Counted from the stretch's first letter, positions 48,393 through 58,800 are shown. The stretch: 64,000 bases of DNA from Minisyncoccota bacterium (GCA_022842945.1 JALHOO010000003.1:14458-78457), one strand, 5' to 3'. A program made the numbers and translations. Notes: a model not told the origin generated them from the letters alone.

Positions 48393-48462
48393 CGGTCTAG
48401 TGAGCACGCTTGGAAAGCGTGTGAACCGAAAGGTTCCGAGGGTTCGAATCCCTCCGCCTCCG
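48378..48462 (+). tRNA. tRNA-Ser(GGA)
   Basis: Acceptor GGAGGCG/CGCCTCC; anticodon arm CACGC-TTGGAAA-GCGTG; long variable arm; TTCGAAT loop. Confidence 0.95.
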
Positions 48463-48497
48463 CACAGATTAGTGATTAACATTAGTGTCACGCACAT

Positions 48498-49418
48498 ATG
48501 AAAGCAGTTATTTGTGAAAAATATGGACCTCCAGAGGTTTTAAAAATACGTGAAGTCGATACGCCGTCACCGAAGACTGACGAAGTCTTAATAAGAATCA
48601 TGGCTACGGCCGTTAACTCCGGCGATGTGCGAGTCCGAAGTCTCGGGGTTTCCGGAGTAATGAGAGTAGTCATGCGTGCTGTGCTCGGATTTCGTGGGCC
48701 GCGCAAACAGATTCTGGGAGTTGCGCTTTCGGGTGTCGTAGAAGCTGTGGGAGATCGAGTAACGAAGTTTAAGGTGGGTGATGAGGTGTATGCTGCTACT
48801 GGCTTCGGTTTCGGCACGTATGCGCAGTACACGACCCTGTCAGAAAACAAGGCGATTGCGCTCAAGCCTAGAAAAGCTTCGTTTGAAGAAGCAGCGGTAA
48901 TACCCTTCGGCGGTACCACGGCTCTATACTTCCTCCATAAAGCGGGCATTGAAGAGGGTAGAGGCAAAAAGGTTTTGGTGTACGGTGCTTCGGGTGCCGT
49001 TGGAACAGCAGCCGTTCAGATTGCAAAGCATTATGGTGCTGACGTAACTGCGGTGTGTGGAGAAGATGGTGTGGGCCTGGCGTCATCCCTTGGAGCCGAC
49101 ACCGTCATCGTCTACACCAAAGAGGACTTCACTACTAGTAAGGAACAGTACTCGATTATCTTTGATGCTGTGGGTAAAACTACAAAAAAAGCATGCACAC
49201 AGGTACTCGCCCCAAATGGTGCTTTTGTAACCGTAGGAGGTCTTGATACGGCGTCTGAGACCAAGGCACAGTTAGATTTCCTAAGTGAGCTGTTTGATAC
49301 GGGTGCATACAAAGCAGTTATCGACCGCACATACACACTCGATGAAATTGTCGAGGCACATCGCTATGTTGATCAGGGTACAAAGAAGGGTAATGTGGCC
49401 ATTAACATTTCCAGTTAA
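48498..49418 (+). CDS. NAD(P)-dependent MDR-family oxidoreductase
   Basis: YGPPEVL, GASGAVG and IDRTY..EIVEAH..KKGNV motifs. Confidence 0.9.
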   Translation: MKAVICEKYGPPEVLKIREVDTPSPKTDEVLIRIMATAVNSGDVRVRSLGVSGVMRVVMRAVLGFRGPRKQILGVALSGVVEAVGDRVTKFKVGDEVYAATGFGFGTYAQYTTLSENKAIALKPRKASFEEAAVIPFGGTTALYFLHKAGIEEGRGKKVLVYGASGAVGTAAVQIAKHYGADVTAVCGEDGVGLASSLGADTVIVYTKEDFTTSKEQYSIIFDAVGKTTKKACTQVLAPNGAFVTVGGLDTASETKAQLDFLSELFDTGAYKAVIDRTYTLDEIVEAHRYVDQGTKKGNVAINISS

Positions 49419-49501
49419 GACCTTCTTGGCCGTGAATTCCGGAAAAGATTGAGCTTGAACTAGAATATACTTGCAGCTTTCAATCTCTGATACATCACAC
49501 C

Positions 49502-49990
49502 ATGTCTATCAAACTAGCAGTAGCATCTGCCATTCTTGCAATCGCTATAGTCGGTACAGGAGTCTTCTTCTTCATGCAAAACAACAAGGTTGCTACAGAA
49601 GAATCTGAGCGCACGTCTTTGGTTAGAGACTCAGTGCCAACGGTAGTCGAGACCGTGCAGGACTTTGAGTTTGAAATAGTGGCTTCTCCTGAGGCACGTG
49701 CCCAAGGATTGTCTGGTCGTGCAGATGTACCTCCCGGATACGGCATGCTGTTTGTGTTCGATGTGTCTGAGCGGTATGGGTTTTGGATGAAAGATATGCT
49801 CGTGTCTATCGATATCATCTGGCTTTCAGACAACGGCACCATAATCGGCATCGAGGAGAATGTCTCGCCTGCAACATACCCAACGGCGTTCCAGCCGCCC
49901 GTTCCCGTGCGTCTTGTTCTTGAGACGCGCGCGGGAGAAGCGGGAGCACGGGGATGGAGTGTGGGAACACGGATTCCACTCCCGCTCTAG
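49502..49990 (+). CDS. DUF192 family protein
   Basis: RAQGLSGR, GMLFVF, FWMKDM and VLE motifs. Confidence 0.9.
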   Translation: MSIKLAVASAILAIAIVGTGVFFFMQNNKVATEESERTSLVRDSVPTVVETVQDFEFEIVASPEARAQGLSGRADVPPGYGMLFVFDVSERYGFWMKDMLVSIDIIWLSDNGTIIGIEENVSPATYPTAFQPPVPVRLVLETRAGEAGARGWSVGTRIPLPL

Positions 49991-50030
49991 ATATGAAAGA
50001 ACCCGCTTGCGCGGATTCTTTCAATTGTTC

Positions 50031-50349
50031 GGACCGGACTATAAGCCGAATTCTGTCTAGGACGACCATCTATCTGGGACGTACGTTGCCGTACGCCTCG
50101 AGCGGCGCTCCCGCTTTCACGGGCACGGCCTTGCACAGCGGTAAGGATTTAGCCGTTTCAGTCTGACGTTGCAGTCAGCCCATCCTCCAAGAAGGATCTC
50201 TAGTCTTTCGACATCGAGCGTTTCTGTTCGCACCTCGCGCATCACTGCGGACGGGCGTTACCCGCTACCATGCTGCTCCTAAGAGCCTGTGTTCGGACTT
50301 TCCTCCCTACCTCCCTAAAGGAGGGTAGAGCGATCGTCACATCCGGTCC
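50031..50349 (-). ncRNA. rnpB: RNase P RNA
   Basis: Minus strand GAGGAAAGTCC and ACAGAATTCGGCTTA conserved elements; P1 GGACCGGA/TCCGGTCC. Confidence 0.95.
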
Positions 50350-50479
50350 TCATAGATAATACAACGAACCTACATAAAAGCAATCAAGTGCATGTAGTCA
50401 GTCCACAGATGTTTCCCTAGGCGTCACTTCAAGCAGGGTATACTACCTAGTATTACAAGGGCCGTTTTTATCTTTACCT

Positions 50480-52894
50480 ATGCACGAGAATCACTCTGGA
50501 GAGAACGTAGTACGCCGTAGGCGCCTGTCGTTCGATATTGCTACGAATTGGGCAGTAGTACTTACGTTCGCGCTCAGTGTTATTGCGTTTATTCCTGTAA
50601 ACACGATTCCGTTTCTTTATACAAAGGTAACGGTTCTGGCGCTCGGTGTCCTCGTGACGCTCGTGCTCTTCATACTTGCGCGTCTCACGCGCGGAAATGC
50701 CATCATTCCACCACTCCCGCTTCTTGCGAGTCTCTGGATTGTGCCGTTCGCATACCTCCTGTCCTCGCTCTTCTCAGGAGCCGGCGTCGGTGCCTCATTC
50801 TTCGGTACGGAGCTTGAGTCCGACACCTTTGGGTTCATGCTGCTTCTCGCGACATTCGCAACGCTTACGGCCCTAGCGTTCCGTCGCACCGCAACCTACC
50901 GGATGTTCTATGGTGTTGCAGCTATCGTTACCGCACTTGTTGTTGTGAGTCAGGTACTTGTGGTTATCGTTAGTCGTTTTGCACCAACCATCATCGCTCC
51001 AACCACCAACCTTGTTGGTTCGTTCGTTGATATGGGCATGTTCCTCGGTCTTGCTCTCGCTACGGGTCTTCTCGCGCTTCGCCTCCTAACGCTTTCTTCG
51101 AAGACGCGCACCATGATCTATGTAGGGGGCGGTGTCGCACTCTTCTTGCTCGCGCTCGTTAACTCGGTTGTGGTGTGGGTGCTTGTGGCACTTGTCGCGC
51201 TCGCACTCTTTATTGAGGCAATCATGCGTAACCGTGCGTCAGGAGACCAGACTGATCTTGATGGTGTTGCACTTCTTCTTGCTGAGGAAAGCGACGATTT
51301 ACCGCAGTCCTCTCGCTCACTTATTGCTCCGCTTGCAACACTCGCTATCGCGCTCTTCTTCCTTATTGGAGGCTCAACCATCGGCAACGCCCTTGCGAGC
51401 GGGTTTGGAATTAGTCTCGTTGATGTTCGTCCATCGTGGCAGTCAACCTTTGATGTGGGTAGTCACACGTATGCATCGTCCCCGCTCTTTGGTTCAGGTC
51501 CCGGCACGTTCGACACTCAGTGGGTTAAATTCCGTGATCGTAGTTTGAACGACACACTCTTCTGGAACGTTGACTTTGTATCGGGTATTGGAACCATTCC
51601 AACCTCGTTTGTAACGACGGGTCTCATGGGAGCACTTGCCTGGATTGGATTCATTGGTCTCTTCCTCTTCTTTGGTCTACGCGCACTCTTGATGCGCCTC
51701 CCAGAGGATCCGTTCATCCGCTTCGTATCCGCTTCTTCATTTGTGGGAGCGCTCTACGTGCTCGCGCTCGCAGTGTTCGCGGTCCCAGGGGAACTCGTCC
51801 TCCTCTCTGGGTTCCTACTCTTGGGTATCTTCATCTCGTCGTTGCGCTACGGCACTGACGCGAGAGAGTTCGGTATTATCTTCGCGCGCAGTCCTAAGGT
51901 TGGATTCATCATTGTGTTCGTGCTCACGCTCTTGCTCCTTGCTTCAATCCTAGCGGCATATGTTGTAGTTGAACGATATCTTTCGAGTATCGCGTACGCA
52001 GAATCTGCAACCGCGCTTCAGGCTGGAGACCTTGAGAGAGCAAACAATGCGGCAAATCAGTCCATTACATTCTCTCCGAGCGATAGGGCGTACCAGCTTA
52101 TATCTGCTATTGGTATTGCTCGCATGAATCAGGTGGCAAGTGACACAACGCTTGCACAGGCAGACGCACAGACACAGTTCCAGGCTGCACTCTCCGGCAG
52201 TATTAGTGCCGCGCTTGCTGCAACGAAGCTCAATCCAAACGACTACCGAAACTGGGCAATGCTTGGAAACGTGTACCAGACCGTTGTGCCGCTTAAGATT
52301 GAAGGCTCCTATGACAATGCGAAGAGTGCGTACGATCAGGCAATCGCACTCAACCCTACAAGTCCCGCACTTCCGTTCGTAGTAGCGCAGCTTGAGATTG
52401 CGAACGAGAACCCGGTTGCAGCGGGAGAGTCACTCATGGCAGCCATTACCCTCAAGCGTGACTACACGCAGGCTATCTTCCTCCTCTCTCAGCTTGAGGC
52501 ACAGCAGGGTAGGGCTCGCGAGGCGCTCGAGGCGGCAGAGGCGGCAGCGTACTTCGCACCGAACGACCCAACGGTTCTCTTCCAGGTTGGTATCCTCCGT
52601 TCTGCTAACGGCAACAATGCGGGAGCAATTGCGGCTCTTGCACGCTCCGTAGAACTCAATCCTCAGTATGCCAACGCACACTTCTTCCTGGCGGTTATGC
52701 AGGCTATTGCAGGCAATTACCCAGCGGCAACCGCACAGCTCGAGTTTGTTGCAGGTCTCTCGCCAGAGAATGCAGAGGCCGTGGCAGCAGACCTTGCGGC
52801 CGTCCGTGCAGGAAGGAACCCGTTCCCACCTAGTCGTCTTGGCGCACTTGGTATTCCTCAGGCCCCTCTTAGGGAGACTGCACCCGTTCAATAG
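50480..52894 (+). CDS. Polytopic membrane protein (O-antigen ligase-like) with C-terminal TPR repeats
   Basis: Many TMs; PLFGSGPGTF loop; TPR units (LNPNDY, LNPQYA). Confidence 0.8.
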   Translation: MHENHSGENVVRRRRLSFDIATNWAVVLTFALSVIAFIPVNTIPFLYTKVTVLALGVLVTLVLFILARLTRGNAIIPPLPLLASLWIVPFAYLLSSLFSGAGVGASFFGTELESDTFGFMLLLATFATLTALAFRRTATYRMFYGVAAIVTALVVVSQVLVVIVSRFAPTIIAPTTNLVGSFVDMGMFLGLALATGLLALRLLTLSSKTRTMIYVGGGVALFLLALVNSVVVWVLVALVALALFIEAIMRNRASGDQTDLDGVALLLAEESDDLPQSSRSLIAPLATLAIALFFLIGGSTIGNALASGFGISLVDVRPSWQSTFDVGSHTYASSPLFGSGPGTFDTQWVKFRDRSLNDTLFWNVDFVSGIGTIPTSFVTTGLMGALAWIGFIGLFLFFGLRALLMRLPEDPFIRFVSASSFVGALYVLALAVFAVPGELVLLSGFLLLGIFISSLRYGTDAREFGIIFARSPKVGFIIVFVLTLLLLASILAAYVVVERYLSSIAYAESATALQAGDLERANNAANQSITFSPSDRAYQLISAIGIARMNQVASDTTLAQADAQTQFQAALSGSISAALAATKLNPNDYRNWAMLGNVYQTVVPLKIEGSYDNAKSAYDQAIALNPTSPALPFVVAQLEIANENPVAAGESLMAAITLKRDYTQAIFLLSQLEAQQGRAREALEAAEAAAYFAPNDPTVLFQVGILRSANGNNAGAIAALARSVELNPQYANAHFFLAVMQAIAGNYPAATAQLEFVAGLSPENAEAVAADLAAVRAGRNPFPPSRLGALGIPQAPLRETAPVQ

Positions 52895-52909
52895 CGTTCG
52901 TACGGGCGC

Positions 52910-54592
52910 ATGGTACGAAAGATACTCACGTCGCTTGCAGGGCCTGTACGTGGTCTGCATCAGGCCGCGTACGTGCTTGCAGGGTTAACGCTCGCGTCTC
53001 AGGCTCTTGCGCTCCTGCGTGACCGATTGTTCGCACACAGCTTTGGCGCAGGCGACGTACTCGACTTGTACTACGCTGCTTTCAAGGTGCCGGACTTGGT
53101 CTTCGCACTTGTAGCGTCCTTGGTGTCAGCGTACGTGCTTATACCACGCATTGCCGGAGGATCTCGTGCTCAGTCTCGAGAACTCATATCGCAAACCGCG
53201 TCGTTCCTCTTGATTGGGGGCGGCGCGCTTTGCGCGGTGTTAGCACTCTTTGCGCCCACGCTTCTCTTTGCGCTCTTTCCGAATGCGCAAGATTCGGTGC
53301 ATGCAGAATCGTTTGTGCTCCTTGCCCGCATTCTTCTCATCCAACCCATTCTTCTCGGGCTCTCGGGAATTGTAACGAGCGTGACGCAGGTGCGCAGACG
53401 TTTCTTCTTGTTTGCGCTTTCTCCGGTGCTCTACAACCTCGGCATCATATTCGGCACGCTCGCGCTCTACCCTCTGTATGGTTTGCCGGGCATTGGTATG
53501 GGTGTGCTTATAGGAGCGTTTGCGCATCTCTTGATCCATATACCCGTGCTTGCGGGAGAGAAGCTCTTGCCACGGCTTGTGGTGCCGTCTCCGCGCTTAT
53601 TGTGGGGTGTGATACAGGACTCGGTGCCGAGGTCACTCGCGCTCGCTATGGGCTCTATTACCGCGCTTGCCCTTACTATTCTTGCGGCGAGAACGGGTGA
53701 GGGGAGTATCGCAGTGCTATCACTTGCCATGAACTTGCAGGCAGTACCGCTTTCCCTCATTGCCGCCTCCTATGCAACGGCTGCGTTCCCGGTGCTTGCA
53801 CAGAGTATGGAAGAGAAGAAGTATGATGCGTTCAAGGCGACGCTTTCAGCAGCCGCACGTCACATCGTATTCTGGTCTGCGATTCTGTCGGTGCTCATTC
53901 TTGTTATGCGGGCACACATCGTGCGTATTGTGCTCGGGACCGGTGCGTTTGACTGGGATGCAACCAGACTTACCGCAGCCATTCTCGCCATACTGGTTAT
54001 TGGCCTTATGGCGCAGGGTATCGTATTGCTTGCGTCCCGTGCGTTTTACGCAGCGCAGAGGTCCTGGAACCCGCTCCTTATTCAGGTTGGAGGCCTTATC
54101 GTCTCTATTGGAAGCGCTATCGGTCTTCTTATGCTTGCGCAGGCATTCCCACCAGTTCGCTACTTCGTAGAGGCGCTACTGCGCGTTGAGGATATACCGG
54201 GAACAGACATTCTCCTCATTGCCGTAGGTGCCATGCTCGGCCAGGTCTTCATGGGCTTCCTTGCGCTTGTTACGCTTCGCACAGTTGCGCCTGGGGTGAG
54301 TCGTTCACTCGAGCGTCCGGTGTTCGAGGGGGCTGCAGCGGCCATACTTGGAGGCGCCTCTGCGTATGGGGTCCTTTCGTTCTTTGGAAACCTCGCGCCA
54401 GCCACCACCCTCCTCTATGTCTTCACTGAAGCCGCTCTCGCTGGTATGGTGGGTCTAGTGGTGTCTGGTGCGGTTCTGGCTCTCCTTGCCAACAAGGAGT
54501 TTAAGGACCTCTCAGACTCTCTACGGCGTCTCAAGCCCTCGACCGCCCTTGCGCCTTCCGGGCCGGTCTTATCTGATCGCTCGGATGCGTAG
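52910..54592 (+). CDS. murJ: Lipid II flippase MurJ
   Basis: LLRDRLFAHSFGAG..LDLYYAAFKVPD. Confidence 0.88.
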   Translation: MVRKILTSLAGPVRGLHQAAYVLAGLTLASQALALLRDRLFAHSFGAGDVLDLYYAAFKVPDLVFALVASLVSAYVLIPRIAGGSRAQSRELISQTASFLLIGGGALCAVLALFAPTLLFALFPNAQDSVHAESFVLLARILLIQPILLGLSGIVTSVTQVRRRFFLFALSPVLYNLGIIFGTLALYPLYGLPGIGMGVLIGAFAHLLIHIPVLAGEKLLPRLVVPSPRLLWGVIQDSVPRSLALAMGSITALALTILAARTGEGSIAVLSLAMNLQAVPLSLIAASYATAAFPVLAQSMEEKKYDAFKATLSAAARHIVFWSAILSVLILVMRAHIVRIVLGTGAFDWDATRLTAAILAILVIGLMAQGIVLLASRAFYAAQRSWNPLLIQVGGLIVSIGSAIGLLMLAQAFPPVRYFVEALLRVEDIPGTDILLIAVGAMLGQVFMGFLALVTLRTVAPGVSRSLERPVFEGAAAAILGGASAYGVLSFFGNLAPATTLLYVFTEAALAGMVGLVVSGAVLALLANKEFKDLSDSLRRLKPSTALAPSGPVLSDRSDA

Positions 54593-54639
54593 TTTTCAAT
54601 AATCGCGCTACAAGCTCACGGCATGGTAAAATTGCTCGC

Positions 54640-55470
54640 ATGGGAAGAACAAAGATTCTCATACCTGAAGCTGAGTTGCGACATCTCTATGAAGATGAGC
54701 GTTTATCTCCTGCAAAGATAGCCCAGAAATTTAATTGCACGTCCATAACAATCCGGTCTCGTCTCATTGAAGCGGGAATACCTCTTAAAACTAAAAGTGC
54801 CGCACAGACAAAGTACCCGAAGTATGATTTTGATGGCACTGATCTAGAAAAGGCATACATGCTGGGCTTCAGATATGGAGACTTGAATGTATACCAGCCG
54901 GCAGGTGCCTCAGAGACTATTGTGGTACGGTCACACTCGACACACCTAGTTCAGGGTGATCTTTTTAAGAGGCTGTTCGAACGATACGGAACCATAACGG
55001 TCCATGCAAATGAACGGAGCACCCAAATGAACTGCTATTTAAATTCAAGCTTTAGTTTTCTTCTTAATAAATATCCTCGAGAGATGCGCTCATGGCTTTC
55101 TTCCAACGAGGCATTCCTTTGGGCATTCGCAGCAGGATATAGCGATGCCGAGGGAACATTTGGACTTAATCAAGGCAAGGGACGCTACAAGATTGATTCG
55201 TATGATTTTGAAATACTTTCTGATATCCATTCACTACTTGCCAGGAACGATATACGGACCACTTTTCGTGTAATAGCAAAGAAAGGCGAGAACGATTACG
55301 GTTGGATATGGAAGGAGGATTTATGGAGGTTGTCAGTAAATGAAGCAGGTTCTCTTGAAAGATTGATCTCAAACCTTAAACCGTTCTCACTTCACAAAAA
55401 GCGCGTTAAAGATGCAAATATGGTATTACAGAATATAGCGACCAGAAGACACAATGGAACAATCTCGTAA
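54640..55470 (+). CDS. Free-standing LAGLIDADG endonuclease-like protein with N-terminal HTH
   Basis: AYMLGFRYGD and FAAGYSDAEG motifs; overlaps the lepA start. Confidence 0.82.
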   Translation: MGRTKILIPEAELRHLYEDERLSPAKIAQKFNCTSITIRSRLIEAGIPLKTKSAAQTKYPKYDFDGTDLEKAYMLGFRYGDLNVYQPAGASETIVVRSHSTHLVQGDLFKRLFERYGTITVHANERSTQMNCYLNSSFSFLLNKYPREMRSWLSSNEAFLWAFAAGYSDAEGTFGLNQGKGRYKIDSYDFEILSDIHSLLARNDIRTTFRVIAKKGENDYGWIWKEDLWRLSVNEAGSLERLISNLKPFSLHKKRVKDANMVLQNIATRRHNGTIS

Positions 55471-57253
55471 TATACGTAACTTCAGTATCATAGCTCACGT
55501 GGACCATGGAAAGTCCACGCTTGCTGATCGTATGCTCGAGCGAACTGGGACTATTGAGACCCGCAATATGCGGGACCAGGTGCTCGACAAGATGGACCTG
55601 GAGAGAGAGCGTGGCATAACCATCAAGATGCAGCCGGCACGTATGAAGTACGTGGGTGCTGACGGCACACCGTACACGCTCAATCTTATTGATACACCAG
55701 GACACATCGACTTTTCGTACGAAGTATCCCGCGCCCTCTCCGCGGTTGAGGGCGTTATTCTCCTTGTTGATTCAACACAGGGTATTCAGGCGCAGACCCT
55801 CACAACGCTCCAAATGGCGAAGGACGCGGGATGTGTGATTATTCCCGTACTCTCAAAGATTGATTCAATTGCCGCACGTGTCGACGACGTGTCTTTGGAA
55901 CTTGCGGAGTTGCTTTCTATTGATCCTGATACGGTGCTTACGGTTTCCGGAAAGACCGGCGAAGGTGTTACGGAGCTTCTCGAGGCGGTTGTTGCTAGAG
56001 TGCCCGCACCCCGTCCAAGTGCAGGAGGGCCCCGTGCACTTATCTTCGACTTCTCCTATTCCACTCATCGCGGCATAACGGTGTTCATGCGCGTCTTTGA
56101 CGGGGAGTTTAAGAAAGGGGACGTGCTGCGCTTTGCGGCCGCTGGAGAGCGTTTTACGGCCCTTGAGACGGGCATATTCATGCCCGACGAATTGATTACG
56201 GAGTCTCTAACGGCAGGCGAGATTGGGTACCTGGTTACGGGTGTGAAGCAGGCGGGTGTGGTTAACGTGGGAGATACGGTTATTGCGAACGCTGGATCAA
56301 CTGCAGGTCTTGAAGGGTTCGACCGCCCGCGTCCGGTTGTGTGGGCATCGGTATACCCAGAGAGCCAGGACGATCTTACAGAACTCCGCCAGTCTCTTGA
56401 GCGTCTGCGTCTCTCAGACTCCTCGCTTGCCTTTGAGGAAGAATCCTCCGGTATGCTCGGGCGCGGGTTCCGTTGCGGATTCCTCGGCATGCTTCACCTT
56501 GAGATTATTGTGGAGCGTTTGAAGCGCGAGTTCAATCTTGAACTTATCGTTACCATTCCCACCATCGCGTACCTTGTTACGGACAAACGCGGCAAGCGCG
56601 AGACCGTGTACACCCCGTCCAAGTTCCCAGCGTTCGGCGAGACTGAGGCTATCGAGGAGCCATGGGTGAAGGTTACGCTCATAACCCCGAACGAGTCGCT
56701 CTCAAACATGATCCAGCTCTTCCACGACCATGAGGGCAATGTGCTTGAGACGGAGACGCATCTTGATGGACGTATTGAACTGCGTGTGGAGATGCCGCTT
56801 CGCGAGCTTATGCGCGGGTTCTTCGACAAGGTGAAGAATGCGTCGTCTGGCTACGCATCCCTTTCCTACGAGTTTATGGATGAGCGTCCTGCTGACGTCG
56901 TAAAGCTTGAGATATACGTGGCAGAAGAACCTGTGCCAGCGTTCGCACGTGTGGTGTCCCGTAGACGCGTGGTTGAGGAAGGAGAGCGCATGGTTGAGAA
57001 GCTCCATGAGATTCTCCCGCGCCAGATGTTTGTGCTTAAAATCCAGGCACATGCCTTGGGACGCATCGTTGCGTCGCGCTCTATCTCAGCGCTTCGCAAG
57101 GACGTAACGGGGTATCTGTACGGAGGCGACATAACCCGCAAGATGAAACTTCTTGAGAAGCAGAAGAAAGGAAAGAAGCGCCGCGGGGCACACGCAAAGA
57201 TGGATATCCCCCAGGATGTGTTCATGAAGATGGTGCAGGACTCGGAGCGTTAG
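55454..57253 (+). CDS. lepA: Elongation factor 4 LepA
   Basis: AHVDHGKSTLADR, GFRCGFLGMLH and YGGDITRK motifs. Confidence 0.97.
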   Translation: MEQSRNIRNFSIIAHVDHGKSTLADRMLERTGTIETRNMRDQVLDKMDLERERGITIKMQPARMKYVGADGTPYTLNLIDTPGHIDFSYEVSRALSAVEGVILLVDSTQGIQAQTLTTLQMAKDAGCVIIPVLSKIDSIAARVDDVSLELAELLSIDPDTVLTVSGKTGEGVTELLEAVVARVPAPRPSAGGPRALIFDFSYSTHRGITVFMRVFDGEFKKGDVLRFAAAGERFTALETGIFMPDELITESLTAGEIGYLVTGVKQAGVVNVGDTVIANAGSTAGLEGFDRPRPVVWASVYPESQDDLTELRQSLERLRLSDSSLAFEEESSGMLGRGFRCGFLGMLHLEIIVERLKREFNLELIVTIPTIAYLVTDKRGKRETVYTPSKFPAFGETEAIEEPWVKVTLITPNESLSNMIQLFHDHEGNVLETETHLDGRIELRVEMPLRELMRGFFDKVKNASSGYASLSYEFMDERPADVVKLEIYVAEEPVPAFARVVSRRRVVEEGERMVEKLHEILPRQMFVLKIQAHALGRIVASRSISALRKDVTGYLYGGDITRKMKLLEKQKKGKKRRGAHAKMDIPQDVFMKMVQDSER

Positions 57254-57278
57254 CTCAGGAGTTGCTATACTCAGAGGA

Positions 57279-57647
57279 ATGCCTCGAAAGTCCAAGAAAC
57301 AACAAGTGCGACAATTAGGTGAATACCTCTTGGCTGCTTTCTTGGTGCTGGTGGTCCTCGTACTTGCCTGGGCTGTGTGGGGTATTGCACAGAAGGAGAG
57401 AATCGCACGAAGCGCGGTTGATGACAGGAAGGCAGAGCTTGCTGTTCTCAAAGAGCGCAAGGCGGTCTTTGAAGAGAATATGGCTGAACTCTCAACTGAT
57501 CGAGGACAAGAAGCAACCCTTCGCCAGAATCATGGCGTCGCGAAAGCGGGGGAGGACGTGATTATCGTGGTGCCTCCTAAGGAGGATGAACTTGAGCCAC
57601 GCCTGCCATGGTACAAGCGATTCCTTGGATTCTTTGGTATTTGGTAG
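57279..57647 (+). CDS. Septum formation initiator (FtsB/DivIC-like)
   Basis: TM, coiled coil and GVAKAGEDVIIVV. Confidence 0.75.
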   Translation: MPRKSKKQQVRQLGEYLLAAFLVLVVLVLAWAVWGIAQKERIARSAVDDRKAELAVLKERKAVFEENMAELSTDRGQEATLRQNHGVAKAGEDVIIVVPPKEDELEPRLPWYKRFLGFFGIW

Positions 57648-57750
57648 AAAAGTCCTTTAATACAGTGTATTTGACATAATAGCAAGTATATGCTATTCTC
57701 CTAGACAGAAGGCCTTGGGTCTTCATGTTCCACTTCAACAGGAGAAGACT

Positions 57751-58428
57751 GTGCACAAAGCTTCCTATCTGGCAGCGGCTGCCGCCGCTCTGTTCATCAG
57801 CCTCGGCGCCTCGCCCGTTCTGGCCCAGTCCCACGACTGGACCGGCTGGCAGGCCACCCTCGGCGCGTCGTCGGTCGAATCCAACCTGGAAGGCGAAGGG
57901 TTCTACAATCCCTATGATCTGGCGCCCTCGGGCACCGTGGTCAGTGTCGGCCTGAACCATCGCTGGAACGCCGGCCACATCGCGCTTGGCGTCTACACGA
58001 ACGCCCAGTTCGGGTCCGTCGAGGCATCCGGTTCGGGCATTTCGTGCGAGATCAGCGACTGCGGCTTCGAAGAGATCGAGTATCGGACCGAGCGCACCAA
58101 CTATACCGTGAACGCCGGCCTGTCCGCCGGCCACGAGATCGGCCCTGTGCTGGTCTCTGTGCTCGGCGGCGTGACGGTGGGCGACTACATGCGCTCCGTC
58201 CGCTACGATGTGAACGGCACCGTCGACTACTGGTACGAAGGCAAGGGGTTTCGTGCGGGCTACCACTACGGCATCGCCGTCGAGTACGCCTTCACCGACC
58301 GCTGGTCGGCCCGCCTCGAACTCCGCCAGACGGAGCTGATCGAGGACGTGTCCGAAAGTCCCTTCTACACCGACGAGTCGGGATTCAGTCAGACGAGCGC
58401 CACGCTCGAAGCCGGCTGGAAGTTCTGA
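57751..58428 (+). CDS. Outer membrane beta-barrel protein (Omp25/OMP_b-brl-like)
   Basis: Signal peptide, DWTG motif, GIAVEYAFTDRWSARLE and C-terminal GWKF; CAGGAG SD before GTG; strongly GC3-biased codons. Confidence 0.8.
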   Translation: MHKASYLAAAAAALFISLGASPVLAQSHDWTGWQATLGASSVESNLEGEGFYNPYDLAPSGTVVSVGLNHRWNAGHIALGVYTNAQFGSVEASGSGISCEISDCGFEEIEYRTERTNYTVNAGLSAGHEIGPVLVSVLGGVTVGDYMRSVRYDVNGTVDYWYEGKGFRAGYHYGIAVEYAFTDRWSARLELRQTELIEDVSESPFYTDESGFSQTSATLEAGWKF

Positions 58429-58542
58429 TCCACGGCTAACTGGATATGAAGAAAATGGGGCCCGTTGCGCATGCGCAACGGGCCTTTTCTTATTCCTATT
58501 ACACCTAAAATGCTATACTGAAAGGACATAAGCAATACATTC

Positions 58543-58800
58543 ATGGAAAAGACAGTCACCATTTACACCACGCCAACGTGCCACTTCTGCCAGATGAGCA
58601 AGGAGTTCTTTAAGGAGAACAACGTTGCCTACACTGAGTTCAATGTTGCAAACGACATGGAGAAGCGCCAGGAGATGATTGATAAGAGCGGCCAGATGGG
58701 CGTTCCTGTGGTCTTCATCGGCGACGACATGATCGTAGGCTTCGACAAGAACAAGTTCGTTGAGCTCCTCGGTCTTGGGGAGGCTCCCGCAGCAGTGTAG
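58543..58800 (+). CDS. Glutaredoxin-like / NrdH-redoxin
   Basis: YTTPTCHFC, GQMGVPV and VGFD motifs. Confidence 0.92.
   Translation: MEKTVTIYTTPTCHFCQMSKEFFKENNVAYTEFNVANDMEKRQEMIDKSGQMGVPVVFIGDDMIVGFDKNKFVELLGLGEAPAAV

Noticed and set aside
54640-57253. Intein or intron in lepA
   Set aside because: LepA is intact at 599 aa, and the LAGLIDADG ORF is in a different frame with its own start and stop.
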